The notes under the pieces: model-generated | Databases searched by the model: none | The model's input: only the letters and a program-made list of their open reading frames with translations | Told to the model about the DNA's origin: nothing | Position numbers and translations under genes: made by a program | Part shown: positions 52,731 through 62,626 of the stretch, one piece after another | Position numbering within the stretch: the first letter of the stretch is position 1 | How the letters are laid out: every line of letters begins with the position of its first letter | From: Rubripirellula sp. | GTDB taxonomy: Bacteria; Planctomycetota; Planctomycetia; Pirellulales; Pirellulaceae | Assembly (NCBI GenBank): GCA_965216875.1 | Contig: OZ244207.1 | Span: 4,640,001 to 4,704,000, forward strand | Length of the DNA stretch: 64,000 nucleotides | Reading direction: 5' to 3'

Positions 52731-54068
52731 CTATGCCTTGCCGAGCACGAGGGCGGTGGCAGCCCCTTCGGCGGTGTGACAGATGCAGATGACGTAGTCT
52801 TTTTCGAGCGGCTGAGACTGGCCAACAAAGGAGACGCTGGCCGTATCTGCGTTCAAAGTAGGTGGGATGACGTTTTGGGACAGCGACATTGCACCGACAA
52901 TCACTCCGATGGTTCCACAAGCCGCTCCGGTGTGGCCCAGTGCGGCGATCGGTGCGACGGCGGGGACGCCAGGAAGAGCTTTTTCGAGTGCGATCTGTTC
53001 TTGGCCATCGATTACCGGATCGCCCATGCCGTGGCTGACCACCAAACCAATGTCATTCGCCGTGATGCCAGCATCCGCGATGGCGGCTTCGATCGCCAAC
53101 CGAATGGCCTCGGCCGAACCGCGGTACCCAGGCACGTCGATTCGAGCCGATCGGACACTTTCGACCATTCCCTCGGCTGCAACAAACCGCTGAGCGTAGG
53201 AGACGACTTTGGCGATCGCGTTGCCACCGCGCGCGGCGACGTCTGATTCGCGTTCGAGTATCACCGCGACTCCCGCTTCGCCGCCCACGACCCCTTTCGA
53301 ATCGGGACCATGAGGTTGCGAACAGGTTTCGACTGGCCCGGTGACCACGGGAACAGGAATGTCGTTGGTGTAGTTCATGCGGGTCGAATTGATCCGCGTT
53401 CCTGCAGCACCCGACACGACCACTTTGGCGATGTTGCGATCCAAACAATTGGCTGCTTCGATCATCGCGGCTGGGCCCGATACGTCGCCGAGTACCAACG
53501 AGTTGTTGGGGCCATGAGCGTTGACTGCGATCCCGACATGGCAAGCTGGCATGTTGGGCAAGTACTTCAACATCCAAAGCGGAGTGATGTCTTTCATCGC
53601 CGCGCCGCCAAACTTCGACTCATCGATCGAGCCGTCTGGCTGGATGCACTTACGCATCGCGTCTTCCATCTCGGTCGGCGGACCATAATACATTTCGCCG
53701 CCAAAGACCGTTCCGATATCGGCCGGTTTCAAGTCGCCCTCTGGATCGGCCGGGAGCGACGAATCGAGCCCCGAATGTTCGAAGGCCATTTGTGATGCGG
53801 CAAACGCAAGCTGAATCTCGCGACACATCACCTTGAGCGCTTTGCGTGGCCGCACGAACTGTTTGGGTTCGAAATCGAGAATCGCCCCGCCAACGAAAAC
53901 CCCTTTAGGCTCGGTCACTTCACCCGGCATGGCGTGGCCGTCGGTTCGTTCCGCTAACGACCGTATGCCCGAACGCTTGTCCAGCAAGGCGGCAAAGAAA
54001 TCTTGGCTGCCGATTCCAATCGACGAAACGACGCCAAGTCCGCTGATGACAACGTTAGTTTGAGGCAT
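52731..54068 (-). CDS. Beta-ketoacyl synthase-like protein (FabF fold, catalytic Cys apparently absent)
   Basis: VVISGLGVVSSIG, PNMPACH, HGPN, GEAG, LGHTGAA; GDVSG where TACxxG is expected. Confidence 0.85.
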   Translation of the reverse strand: MPQTNVVISGLGVVSSIGIGSQDFFAALLDKRSGIRSLAERTDGHAMPGEVTEPKGVFVGGAILDFEPKQFVRPRKALKVMCREIQLAFAASQMAFEHSGLDSSLPADPEGDLKPADIGTVFGGEMYYGPPTEMEDAMRKCIQPDGSIDESKFGGAAMKDITPLWMLKYLPNMPACHVGIAVNAHGPNNSLVLGDVSGPAAMIEAANCLDRNIAKVVVSGAAGTRINSTRMNYTNDIPVPVVTGPVETCSQPHGPDSKGVVGGEAGVAVILERESDVAARGGNAIAKVVSYAQRFVAAEGMVESVRSARIDVPGYRGSAEAIRLAIEAAIADAGITANDIGLVVSHGMGDPVIDGQEQIALEKALPGVPAVAPIAALGHTGAACGTIGVIVGAMSLSQNVIPPTLNADTASVSFVGQSQPLEKDYVICICHTAEGAATALVLGKA

Positions 54069-54257
54069 TGAATCTTTGAGACACTAAACGGGGGAGAGCA
54101 CGATTATGGTTACCCACCCCCAACCTGAACAGGGAGCCAAAGGGCAGTGTGTTCCAGCGGGCGACGACTCGCCCTTGCCGAAATCCAGGGCGCAAACCTT
54201 GCTGGGGCGGCCCGCATTTCCATGCCATTGTGGTTCTACCCCCACCAGAGTGATCGG

Positions 54258-55391
54258 CTATTTCAGAGCCAGATCGTAGATTCGGTGCACTTTCGTTCGT
54301 GTTGCGCCGCCTCGTTCGATTGTGCCTCGTGAAAGGGAATTGCTTTCGAGCACCCACGAGAACTCGCCCATCTGAATCCCATATTCGATCGCTTTGGGCA
54401 AAATGGGCGCGAGGGTGACCAATCCCAAGCCCCATTTTTGGTATTCGGGCAAGACATTGGTACTAATCAGCCGCAGGCGGTCGATCTTCCGTTTGCCCAT
54501 CAGCAGCTTCAGCCACCCCAGCGGCAGGAGCCGACCATTCATCTTCTTGAGGACTTGGTTGTAGTCGAGCAAGCCAAATCCGGCCCCGACCGGCTTGCCG
54601 TCGATTTCGGCAATGCTCGTCATTTCGGGGACGATCAAATGCTTCAGACCTTCGCTTTGATGATCGATCTCTGCTTCGCTCATGGGGACATATCCCCAAG
54701 TCTGCTGGAGCGACAGGTTGTAGATTTCGAGAAACACACGGACATCAGCATCGAAGTTTTTTCGATCCAGTGGCCGGCAAGTCGCCTTGAATCGTCTTGT
54801 TGCTTCGTCGATCACGAACTGCAGTTTCGGGTCGATGTCATCCAGGATGTCGACATGAGCCTGGTAGCTGAACAGGTCCTGGCACTTTTCGAACCCAAAT
54901 GCCTCGATCAGTCGCCCGTAGTAGTCTCGGTTGTAGGTGATCATGAAGGTGGGCGGCGAATCAAACCCTTCCACCAACAACCCAACCTCGTAGTTGAGAC
55001 TTGGATGCACGGGTCCCCGAACATCGGTCATCCCCTTGTCGCGTAACCAGCCGGTCGCAACGGAAAGCATTTCATTGCTGGCGTCGAGGTCATCAAAGCA
55101 CTCATAGAACCCGAAGAACCCCCGTTTTTCTTCGTACTTGCGGTTGTGAGCGTGATTGACGACGGCAAGCACGCGGCCAACCACTTCGTCCCCGCGGCGC
55201 ACGATAAAGGCCTGGCCATCGGCGTCGTCATAGAACGGGTGCGGCTTGAATCCGACCATCTCTTTGCGCACCATCCAAAGCGGACAAACCCAATTCGGGT
55301 CATCGCGATAAATGGTCCGCTCAAGCTGAAGGAATGCCTTTTGGTCCGCCTTGGATTGGACCGCCTCGCATCGCACCTCCTTGCTCATCAT
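54258..55391 (-). CDS. GNAT-superfamily N-acyltransferase (YghO-like)
   Basis: GFFGFYE, GLLVEGF, YNRDYY, PEYQKWGLG, SWVLESN motifs. Confidence 0.75.
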   Translation of the reverse strand: MMSKEVRCEAVQSKADQKAFLQLERTIYRDDPNWVCPLWMVRKEMVGFKPHPFYDDADGQAFIVRRGDEVVGRVLAVVNHAHNRKYEEKRGFFGFYECFDDLDASNEMLSVATGWLRDKGMTDVRGPVHPSLNYEVGLLVEGFDSPPTFMITYNRDYYGRLIEAFGFEKCQDLFSYQAHVDILDDIDPKLQFVIDEATRRFKATCRPLDRKNFDADVRVFLEIYNLSLQQTWGYVPMSEAEIDHQSEGLKHLIVPEMTSIAEIDGKPVGAGFGLLDYNQVLKKMNGRLLPLGWLKLLMGKRKIDRLRLISTNVLPEYQKWGLGLVTLAPILPKAIEYGIQMGEFSWVLESNSLSRGTIERGGATRTKVHRIYDLALK

Positions 55392-55519
55392 CTTTCTGTC
55401 TCTGCTGGTCGGTGTAGGATTTGGTGTAGGAATTCCGGTTTTGCCCGATGGTTGCCCCCAATGCTGATCGGCTCAGCGGTCCTATTGAAATCACCCAATC
55501 GAATCATGCCAACTTGCCA

Positions 55520-56344
55520 ATGAGTGACTCCGAGCAGATTGTTCTGCGCAGCAACGCCAATCCGACGGTCCGTCACCTCATCCGAATGCGTGATAATCGG
55601 TCCCGGCGGCGAGCGGGTCGCATCCTGGTTGATCGCTGGCGTGAAACAGCGCGCGCCGTCGAGTCGGGGCTGAAACCAACAGGCGTGTACATCGCGGAAA
55701 ACGATGGTGCCCTCGGATCCCCCGATGCGGACCAGCGCAGGGTGTTGGACAAAGCGACGGAAACAGGAACGCTTGTTCGAGTATCGGAAAGCGTGCTCGA
55801 AAAAATCAGCTACGGGCAAACGGGCGGGGAAGTCGTCGCAGAATTCGAGACTCCCGATCGCTCCCTTACGAATCTGCGGCTCCCCGATTCTCCGCTGGTG
55901 GTCGTTTTGGACAAAATCGAAAAGCCGGGCAACTTGGGAGCGGTCTTTCGATGTGCTGATGCCGCGGGAGTCGACGCGGTGATCGTCACCGACGGCTGCG
56001 AACTATTCAATCCTAATGCCATTCGCTCAAGCGTCGGCGCCGTGTTTCACGTTCCATGTGCCACGGCGACCGAAGCAGAAGCCTCGAAATTTCTTTCCTC
56101 GCACCAGATTCGCCCCATCGCGGCCCGTGTCGAGGGTTCCAATTCACTTTGGGAATCGGACCTCAACGGACCACTCGCCATTGTTCTCGGCAGCGAAGCG
56201 GATGGACTCGGTGATCGCTGGCAAGAGATAAATGGCCAGCCCATTGCGGGAATTCACATCCCAATGCAAGGCGCCAGCGACAGTCTCAACCTCTCGGTCT
56301 CTGCAGCCGTGATGCTCTTCGAGGCAGTGCGCGTTCGCCGCTAG
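55520..56344 (+). CDS. TrmH/SpoU-family RNA methyltransferase
   Basis: PGNLGAVFR, GSEADGL, IPMQG..DSLNLSVS motifs. Confidence 0.93.
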   Translation: MSDSEQIVLRSNANPTVRHLIRMRDNRSRRRAGRILVDRWRETARAVESGLKPTGVYIAENDGALGSPDADQRRVLDKATETGTLVRVSESVLEKISYGQTGGEVVAEFETPDRSLTNLRLPDSPLVVVLDKIEKPGNLGAVFRCADAAGVDAVIVTDGCELFNPNAIRSSVGAVFHVPCATATEAEASKFLSSHQIRPIAARVEGSNSLWESDLNGPLAIVLGSEADGLGDRWQEINGQPIAGIHIPMQGASDSLNLSVSAAVMLFEAVRVRR

Positions 56345-56558
56345 ACGATGCCACGCGATCGAAAGGACCGCGCCAAACAACACGATCCGAATCACGCGGA
56401 TCATCGCTACACCTGTTTGGACCTGCAGAATCGTTAATGTCGCGGCAATCCCTATCCGATACTTGAAGCATCCGACGGTCCAGCGCGCTCGCGCCCCGTC
56501 TGGAAGGGTGTACCGCGGGGGGTGCATCAAACGAATCGCTCGGACGCAAGGATGCGGC

Positions 56559-58871
56559 ATGCGTGATGCAGTAGACAACCTGAAACAACGCAATCGGAAC
56601 CGCCGACGCGCGGGTCTGCTTGCCATGCTTTTGGTGGCGAGTCCTGCCGTAGCCCAGTCGCCAAACAATGGCCGGATCAGCATTCCGCCGTTGCCGCTCA
56701 ATCAATCGAGCCAGGTTCAAATCAACCCGTCCATTCGCGTCAATCCCTATTGCGCTCAAGAGGGTGCGCAAAGTGGAATGACACCGGTTCAGTTGGCATC
56801 GGGTAATCCTTCCGCCGTTCGGCTCAAGCCGATCGGTGCAGCCATTGGCTTGCACCCCATCGATCGTTCGCCGAATCAACCCGCGAAACTGCGTGCTGAC
56901 GGCAGCCAATCGCCAGCGATGGTGGTCGACGCTCCCGCATCGCAAATCAAAACCAACCCGTTGGTCGGATCACAGCATCACACCAACAAAGACTTGGTCG
57001 ACACCTCGGTTGATGTCGCGAACACAGCGACTCCGTTTCAACCGGTTCGCCAACCGAACGTGACGCCTGAAGCGAAGAGCAGCATTGTTCTTATCCGTCC
57101 AACGGTGCAACAACCCAAACCGCCTGTTGCCGCTACGCCTGTTGCCGCTCCGGCGAGTCCAAACCAGGGGCAGGCTGCCGTAGCTCCGGTCGCCCAACGA
57201 CCCAATCAAGCCTCACCGATTCCAGCTCATTCGGTTTCGAACACGCATCGTGTCGCGACTCCAGCGGCAACACAGCTTCCTCGTGCCAAAGTTGAAACCA
57301 CATCCGCAAGCGAGCCCATCACGTTTTCGTTCTCCGACAGCAGTGATTCATCACTGACGGAGAAATCAGAACGTACAGCGGAATCCAAAAAGCAATCGAC
57401 AACGCCACCGGTCACGGCCGCCAAAAGCCAACCGCAAGGCAACCTGCCAGCTCCGATTCGCCCGGAACGCCTGTCAGAACCGAGCGTTGCCGTTGAGCTG
57501 CCCGCAAGCACACCTCGCTCTGTTCTGTCTCGCTCTGCCGCAACGCCCGTTGCCAAACCGGCGGGTCAAGCAGCAAAGGTCGTTCGTCAAAAACCACAGA
57601 TTGCCAAACCAGTTGTTTCGGAGCCGGTTGAACTCGTTCAGCCCGTTGTGATTGGTGATGCTCCGGTCGAACCACCTTCCGACGACGAGGGTTTGGTGCC
57701 AATCCAATCGGCTTCGCCCAAGGTGGTCAGTGCTTCCGAAAGCAAGCCAAGCCTTATCAAAGCAGATCGCCAGGCAAGCGTCCTGGCGGCTCCACCGGTT
57801 CGACTCCATCAGGTTGGCGAATTGGAAAGGAAGGCGGCGCCAATCAAGAGCGCAGCGACCGACCAAACTCAGCTCAACAAGGACAAGCGTGGCAATCTGC
57901 CTGAGCCTGTTGTGATTGGTGGCGCGTCGGAAGAAGCCCCACTGGCCACGACAACCAAGCCCGCACCGAGAATCGCCAAGCCCGCGCCAAGAATCGCCAA
58001 GGCAGCGCCGAGTGTCGCCAAGGCGCCCCATGTGGATCATCATGTTGCCAAGAACGTGAGCCGTGAGCCGCTGGCATCCAAAGCGAAGCCCGCCGCCTCA
58101 GCGAAAACACCGCGCGTCAACAAGTCTTCGGCACCTGTCGTTGCCGAACCGACGCCCGCGTTTGCACCGGTTCATACGGCGTCACCCGTCATGGCTGGCC
58201 CCCTCAAGTCAACCGAAAAGACATCAGAGCGTTCACTCCATCAAACTCGCTTTCGAGCCCCGGTTGCTGTTACGAAATTGCCGCTGGCGCTCGAACGTCC
58301 CGCAGTTGACGAAACCGCGAGCATCGTTCGCCCATCGATCAGTCCAGTCAAAGCACTTGATCTGAATCAATCGAACGAGGGTGCCAAAGTGATCGCTGAG
58401 ATCGACGAAGACACCAAGTTGACTCCGCTTTACATGAGCCGAGCTCAAGTTCGATCGCTGACGCTTGGCGGCAATGTCCGTCGGGTCGAAGTGGCTGACA
58501 AAAACGTTTGCCAAGCCTTCGCTGCCGGCCCCAATCGTTTGAAGCTGATCGGAACCGGCAACGGCGTCACACAACTGGTCGTCTGGGCCGGGGCCAACGA
58601 AAAGTCGCCCACGCAAGTACGAGCGTTTGAGATTCACGTTCAAGATGCCGTCGCGGCAACCGGAAAGACAGTCGTCGACCGCAGCAAGATGCTGAACGCT
58701 TCGATTCAGAAGATGTTCCCAGGCTGCCGCGTCAACGTTCAACAGGTTTCTGACACGTTGGTTGTCAGTGGCCGCTGCGACAACCCTGAATCAGCAAAAC
58801 AAATCATGCGAATGGTTCGCAAAACCGTACTTGTGCCCGTTCGTGACGAGCTCACGATCGCAGGTCGTTAA
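56559..58871 (+). CDS. Secreted Pro-rich protein with C-terminal pilus/secretin N-domain-like and BON-like regions
   Basis: Signal peptide, long low-complexity linker; RRVEVAD...IGTGNGVTQLVVW and LVVSG patterns. Confidence 0.7.
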   Translation: MRDAVDNLKQRNRNRRRAGLLAMLLVASPAVAQSPNNGRISIPPLPLNQSSQVQINPSIRVNPYCAQEGAQSGMTPVQLASGNPSAVRLKPIGAAIGLHPIDRSPNQPAKLRADGSQSPAMVVDAPASQIKTNPLVGSQHHTNKDLVDTSVDVANTATPFQPVRQPNVTPEAKSSIVLIRPTVQQPKPPVAATPVAAPASPNQGQAAVAPVAQRPNQASPIPAHSVSNTHRVATPAATQLPRAKVETTSASEPITFSFSDSSDSSLTEKSERTAESKKQSTTPPVTAAKSQPQGNLPAPIRPERLSEPSVAVELPASTPRSVLSRSAATPVAKPAGQAAKVVRQKPQIAKPVVSEPVELVQPVVIGDAPVEPPSDDEGLVPIQSASPKVVSASESKPSLIKADRQASVLAAPPVRLHQVGELERKAAPIKSAATDQTQLNKDKRGNLPEPVVIGGASEEAPLATTTKPAPRIAKPAPRIAKAAPSVAKAPHVDHHVAKNVSREPLASKAKPAASAKTPRVNKSSAPVVAEPTPAFAPVHTASPVMAGPLKSTEKTSERSLHQTRFRAPVAVTKLPLALERPAVDETASIVRPSISPVKALDLNQSNEGAKVIAEIDEDTKLTPLYMSRAQVRSLTLGGNVRRVEVADKNVCQAFAAGPNRLKLIGTGNGVTQLVVWAGANEKSPTQVRAFEIHVQDAVAATGKTVVDRSKMLNASIQKMFPGCRVNVQQVSDTLVVSGRCDNPESAKQIMRMVRKTVLVPVRDELTIAGR

Positions 58872-58952
58872 GCCAATCATTCCCTTTACCTTTCACCATC
58901 GGTCTACCAAATCGCGGCAACGCTCCGCACCGAGAGTTAACGAGGTTCGATC

Positions 58953-60257
58953 ATGAAGATCCGTTCGATCTGTCCGCACACCAATCACCTTCGCATCAGC
59001 GAGTGTGTGCGCCGCTTGTTCGTAGCGGCGGGTGTTGCCCTACTCGGGACCATCGCGTGTGCCCCAGTGCATGCTCAGACCGGGCCCATTGGTCAGGCGA
59101 TTGATGGACACATTACTCATGGCAACGAAGCCTTTCGCATTGTCAGCGCCTCGGACGTCCCAGCTGATGAAGCAGCAACGGGAACGATCCAGCAAGTTGG
59201 CTGCCAATCGTGTGGCACCAGTTGCGGAGGCAGCTGTGGCGTGATCATGAGCGACTGTGGGTCGTGCGGATCATGCGGTTCAGCGTGTGGCGGCAGCTGT
59301 GGAAACTGCTACCGAGCACCGCGCCGCGGAAACGCTTGCACGCCTCGTGGATACGGTTATTCGCCCTTCTCGGGCTATGGCCACCCATGTGCTCCTTGTG
59401 CTCCTTACTACTACGTGAACTTTGACGCGTTGTACATGCAACGTGACACCAACGAACGGTTCTCGCTTTCACAAGACTACCAACTCGGTGATTACAGCCA
59501 GGAAATGGGCGGTCGATTCACTTTGGGAACCGTGCCAGACTGCGTGCACGGTTATGAACTCAGCTACACCGGGCACTTCCAATGGGACCGTGCAGCTGCT
59601 GCTTTCGATCCGGGCGGAGGATTGGACTCAATCTTGCAAGCTGGAACGCCTTTGGCTCCCGCTGCCGTAAGTGCATTTGACAACCCTGTGACCGCCTCGG
59701 CTCAGCTCTACACAAACGAGTACTGGAGCATCGAAGGCAACCGTACCATGACCGGCTGGGACGTCGCTCGATTGTTGGTCGGCGTTCGCTACCTGGAATG
59801 GGACGAACGATACGCGTTCTTCAGCACCGATGGTGTCGACAACGGCTTCTTCGGAAGCCGAACCGACAACAAGTTGTTCGGGATCCAAGCTGGTCTCGAC
59901 TTGATGTACCCAATCAGTCGCAACGGATACACCGACTTCCGCTCACGTGCTGGTGGATTCATCAACTTCGCGGAATCGGACGTGCTACTGATCAATGCTG
60001 GCACAGTACACATCAACAACGGCGACGATCGACGTCGTGTTGCAGGTGTGTTCGAACTCGGTGCCGGCCTGCGATACTACTTCGGTCAAACGCTAGCCAT
60101 TCGTGGCGGCGTCGAGCTTTGGTACCTCAGCGGAATCGCCAAAGCAAACAACCAATTCACCAACGTTGTTTCGCCAACCGTTACGGGTCGACGCACCTTC
60201 GCCAAGAGCGACGTTTTGGTCACAGGACTCACGTTCGGTGCCGAACTACGCCTGTAG
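58953..60257 (+). CDS. Planctomycete outer-membrane beta-barrel (BBP7-like) with Cys-rich N-terminus
   Basis: Signal peptide, CGSCG repeats, amphipathic strands ending GLTFGAELRL. Confidence 0.7.
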   Translation: MKIRSICPHTNHLRISECVRRLFVAAGVALLGTIACAPVHAQTGPIGQAIDGHITHGNEAFRIVSASDVPADEAATGTIQQVGCQSCGTSCGGSCGVIMSDCGSCGSCGSACGGSCGNCYRAPRRGNACTPRGYGYSPFSGYGHPCAPCAPYYYVNFDALYMQRDTNERFSLSQDYQLGDYSQEMGGRFTLGTVPDCVHGYELSYTGHFQWDRAAAAFDPGGGLDSILQAGTPLAPAAVSAFDNPVTASAQLYTNEYWSIEGNRTMTGWDVARLLVGVRYLEWDERYAFFSTDGVDNGFFGSRTDNKLFGIQAGLDLMYPISRNGYTDFRSRAGGFINFAESDVLLINAGTVHINNGDDRRRVAGVFELGAGLRYYFGQTLAIRGGVELWYLSGIAKANNQFTNVVSPTVTGRRTFAKSDVLVTGLTFGAELRL

Positions 60258-60299
60258 TCGCACCAACAACCAGAATTCTCGCAAGACCAGCGACGCTCT

Positions 60300-60701
60300 C
60301 TAGCGTTGCTGGTCTTGTTGTTTTTTGGCCCGCTTCTTTCGCAGCCAGTTCTGAACCGATCGTCCCGCCTGCTCGGTGATCGATCTCTCTTCTGGCGTCG
60401 CAATCGAGTTTTCGGTGATCTTCGTGATCGCTCGATGGATCTCACTGCCACACTTTGGGCAATTGACGGGTGGTTCCGTCACGGGCGCTTCGCATTGCGG
60501 ACAGAAATATTCGATGGTGGGGCGCATCGCCGCTTCAAACAAGCCACCGACTTCGCCAGCTTCGAACCATGCGCTGTCGTCCTTGCGCAACATCGTCTCG
60601 GGCGTCACTTCTCCGGCGCGCACCTTTTGAAGCAGCTCGCTTGGTCGCAACGGACCAACCGCTTCGGCATCGTCGTTGATTTGAATGAACCAGTCGGTCA
60701 C
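60300..60701 (-). CDS. GYF_2 (DUF4339) plus zinc-ribbon protein
   Basis: W...GP...EL...G.V.PET...W pattern; CPQC/CPKC. Confidence 0.8.
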   Translation of the reverse strand: MTDWFIQINDDAEAVGPLRPSELLQKVRAGEVTPETMLRKDDSAWFEAGEVGGLFEAAMRPTIEYFCPQCEAPVTEPPVNCPKCGSEIHRAITKITENSIATPEERSITEQAGRSVQNWLRKKRAKKQQDQQR

Positions 60702-61026
60702 GACTCTTTCCCCTCGCCCTCGTGGTGCATGCTGGCTGCAAAACGGCTGCTACATCGCAATGAAATGGCCGGTTGGTCGTTGTCATCCAGCCAACACGCC
60801 AGCCGTTTCTTTTCCAACACAGCCACCATGATAAACGAAACGGGGCCGCTTTGGGGTCTTGGCCCCAGTGGAGCCGATCTTGGCCCACCACCGATCTAGG
60901 CCCCATTTGCCGAGAGCAAAGATGACCTGACCCTCCCAAGCTGCCATCCTGGCTGCGGATCCTTTGACAGAATCGACCGCGGCGATACGATATCGCGTGG
61001 TCTGTCCCACCAAGGTAGAAGTTTTC

Positions 61027-61500
61027 ATGCGTTGCCCCTATTGCCACGTCGATAACGATCGCGTCCTCGATACCCGAGGCGCCGAAGGGGGCTATATGGT
61101 TCGACGCCGCAGGATCTGCAGTTCCTGCCACCGGCGCTTCGCAACCACCGAGAAGATCGAAAAACTGAGCGTGCGTGTCGTCAAGTCGGACGAAACCCGC
61201 GAACCCTTCGACCGAGAAAAGATTCGCCGTGGCATCGAACGGGCGTGCTCAAAACGATCGATCGCGAGCTCGACGATCGAACGCGTCGTCCAAGATATCG
61301 AGGGGGACGTCTATGCCACCTTCGACTCGGAAGTCAATTCGACCCAAGTTGGCGATATCGTCATGCGACATTTGGCAAAGCTAGATGAAGTAGCATACAT
61401 TCGATTTGCAAGCGTCTATCGCGACTTTGATGACGCGCAAGACTTTATCCAGGCGATCACCGGAATGGTGGGCCAAGCCCGCGCAAACGCGTCGAACTAG
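61027..61500 (+). CDS. nrdR: Transcriptional repressor NrdR
   Basis: MRCPYC, RRRRICSSC..RF.T.E, ATP cone, VAYIRFASVYR. Confidence 0.96.
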   Translation: MRCPYCHVDNDRVLDTRGAEGGYMVRRRRICSSCHRRFATTEKIEKLSVRVVKSDETREPFDREKIRRGIERACSKRSIASSTIERVVQDIEGDVYATFDSEVNSTQVGDIVMRHLAKLDEVAYIRFASVYRDFDDAQDFIQAITGMVGQARANASN

Positions 61501-61714
61501 CGCTGCGGATTGTAATCTTGGTGCCACTAGAGCAACTTCTTACGCAGTTTGGGCAGTACCCGTGAGCCGCTGGCCGTCAGGCCTCGGGCCCTTGCCGACA
61601 CGCAGCGAGCCAGAAGGCGATTAAGGCCCAGCCGCTTACGCGATCGCGGCTCCGTTGTGTGAACTTGGGCACGGATTTCTGCTGGTGGAAGCGCAATTGC
61701 AATCCGTAGCCCTG
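61497..61714. mobile_element. MITE-like element with imperfect terminal inverted repeats enclosing a family F repeat
   Basis: Left CTAGCGCTGCGGATTGTAAT, right ATTGCAATCCGTAGCCCTG; homologous to 20911-21070. Confidence 0.5.
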
Positions 61715-61929
61715 AAGCGTGGTCTTCGTTATCGCGAGCCCCGCACTTAGATGCGAAGGTAGCCGCCCGTTTCACCTAAAGTGGCATTGCCTCGCCGCCG
61801 CGATTCTCACTACCACCATTGCACGCTCGCTTGTCGACGACATCGATTTGCAAGCAACCGCCGCTTGACCAACTGTCCAAACGTTGGCTCGCAGGTCGTT
61901 TTCCAACTCCAGCACGGTGTTCCTGATTG

Positions 61930-62583
61930 ATGAATCGCCTTTTTGTTATTGCGATCTTGGTTGGCACAGCATTGCCACTTTCCAAAGCAAACGCCCAGGT
62001 GCAAACCCAACGCGGCGCGGCGATGGGCGGCCTGGCTGGCGCAGTGGTCGGTGGCATCATCGGCGACAAGAACAATGAGGCGGGCGCCGGAGCTGCCATT
62101 GGCGGACTCGTTGGCGCCGTCACCGGTGGTGTGCTTGGAAACGCAGCCGACAAACAACAAACGATCGACCAACAACGTTACTACTATCAGCAGCAACAAC
62201 GCCAGCTACGAAACGTTGAGGCGACACAGGCTGCCGTTTCGACCGCCGACGTCGTGACGATGACGCGAAGTGGATTGAGCGAGAACGTGATCATCAATCA
62301 GATCCAACAGCGTGGTGTGCAACAACGGCTTGAGGTCTCCGACATCATTGCGTTGCATCAGCAAGGGGTCACCGAATCGGTTATCACCGCAATGCAGAAC
62401 TCGGTGACCGGCGTGCAACGCGTTGCTCGCGCCGAAGCACCCGCCGTGCAACCGCGCGTGGTTGCGCCCGCCCCTGTGATTGTCGAAGAACACTACGTGC
62501 TACCACATTATCCGCCGCCACGGTATCGCCACTACCACCATCACCACTATCGGCCGCGGCACAGCTTCCATATCCGCTTCTAG
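61930..62583 (+). CDS. Glycine-zipper domain protein
   Basis: Signal peptide; GAAMGGLAGAVVG / GAAIGGLVGAVTG; His-rich tail. Confidence 0.85.
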   Translation: MNRLFVIAILVGTALPLSKANAQVQTQRGAAMGGLAGAVVGGIIGDKNNEAGAGAAIGGLVGAVTGGVLGNAADKQQTIDQQRYYYQQQQRQLRNVEATQAAVSTADVVTMTRSGLSENVIINQIQQRGVQQRLEVSDIIALHQQGVTESVITAMQNSVTGVQRVARAEAPAVQPRVVAPAPVIVEEHYVLPHYPPPRYRHYHHHHYRPRHSFHIRF

Positions 62584-62626
62584 AATCAGCCCCCGTCACG
62601 CTCGACAAAACGCTGTCGTGATGGGT

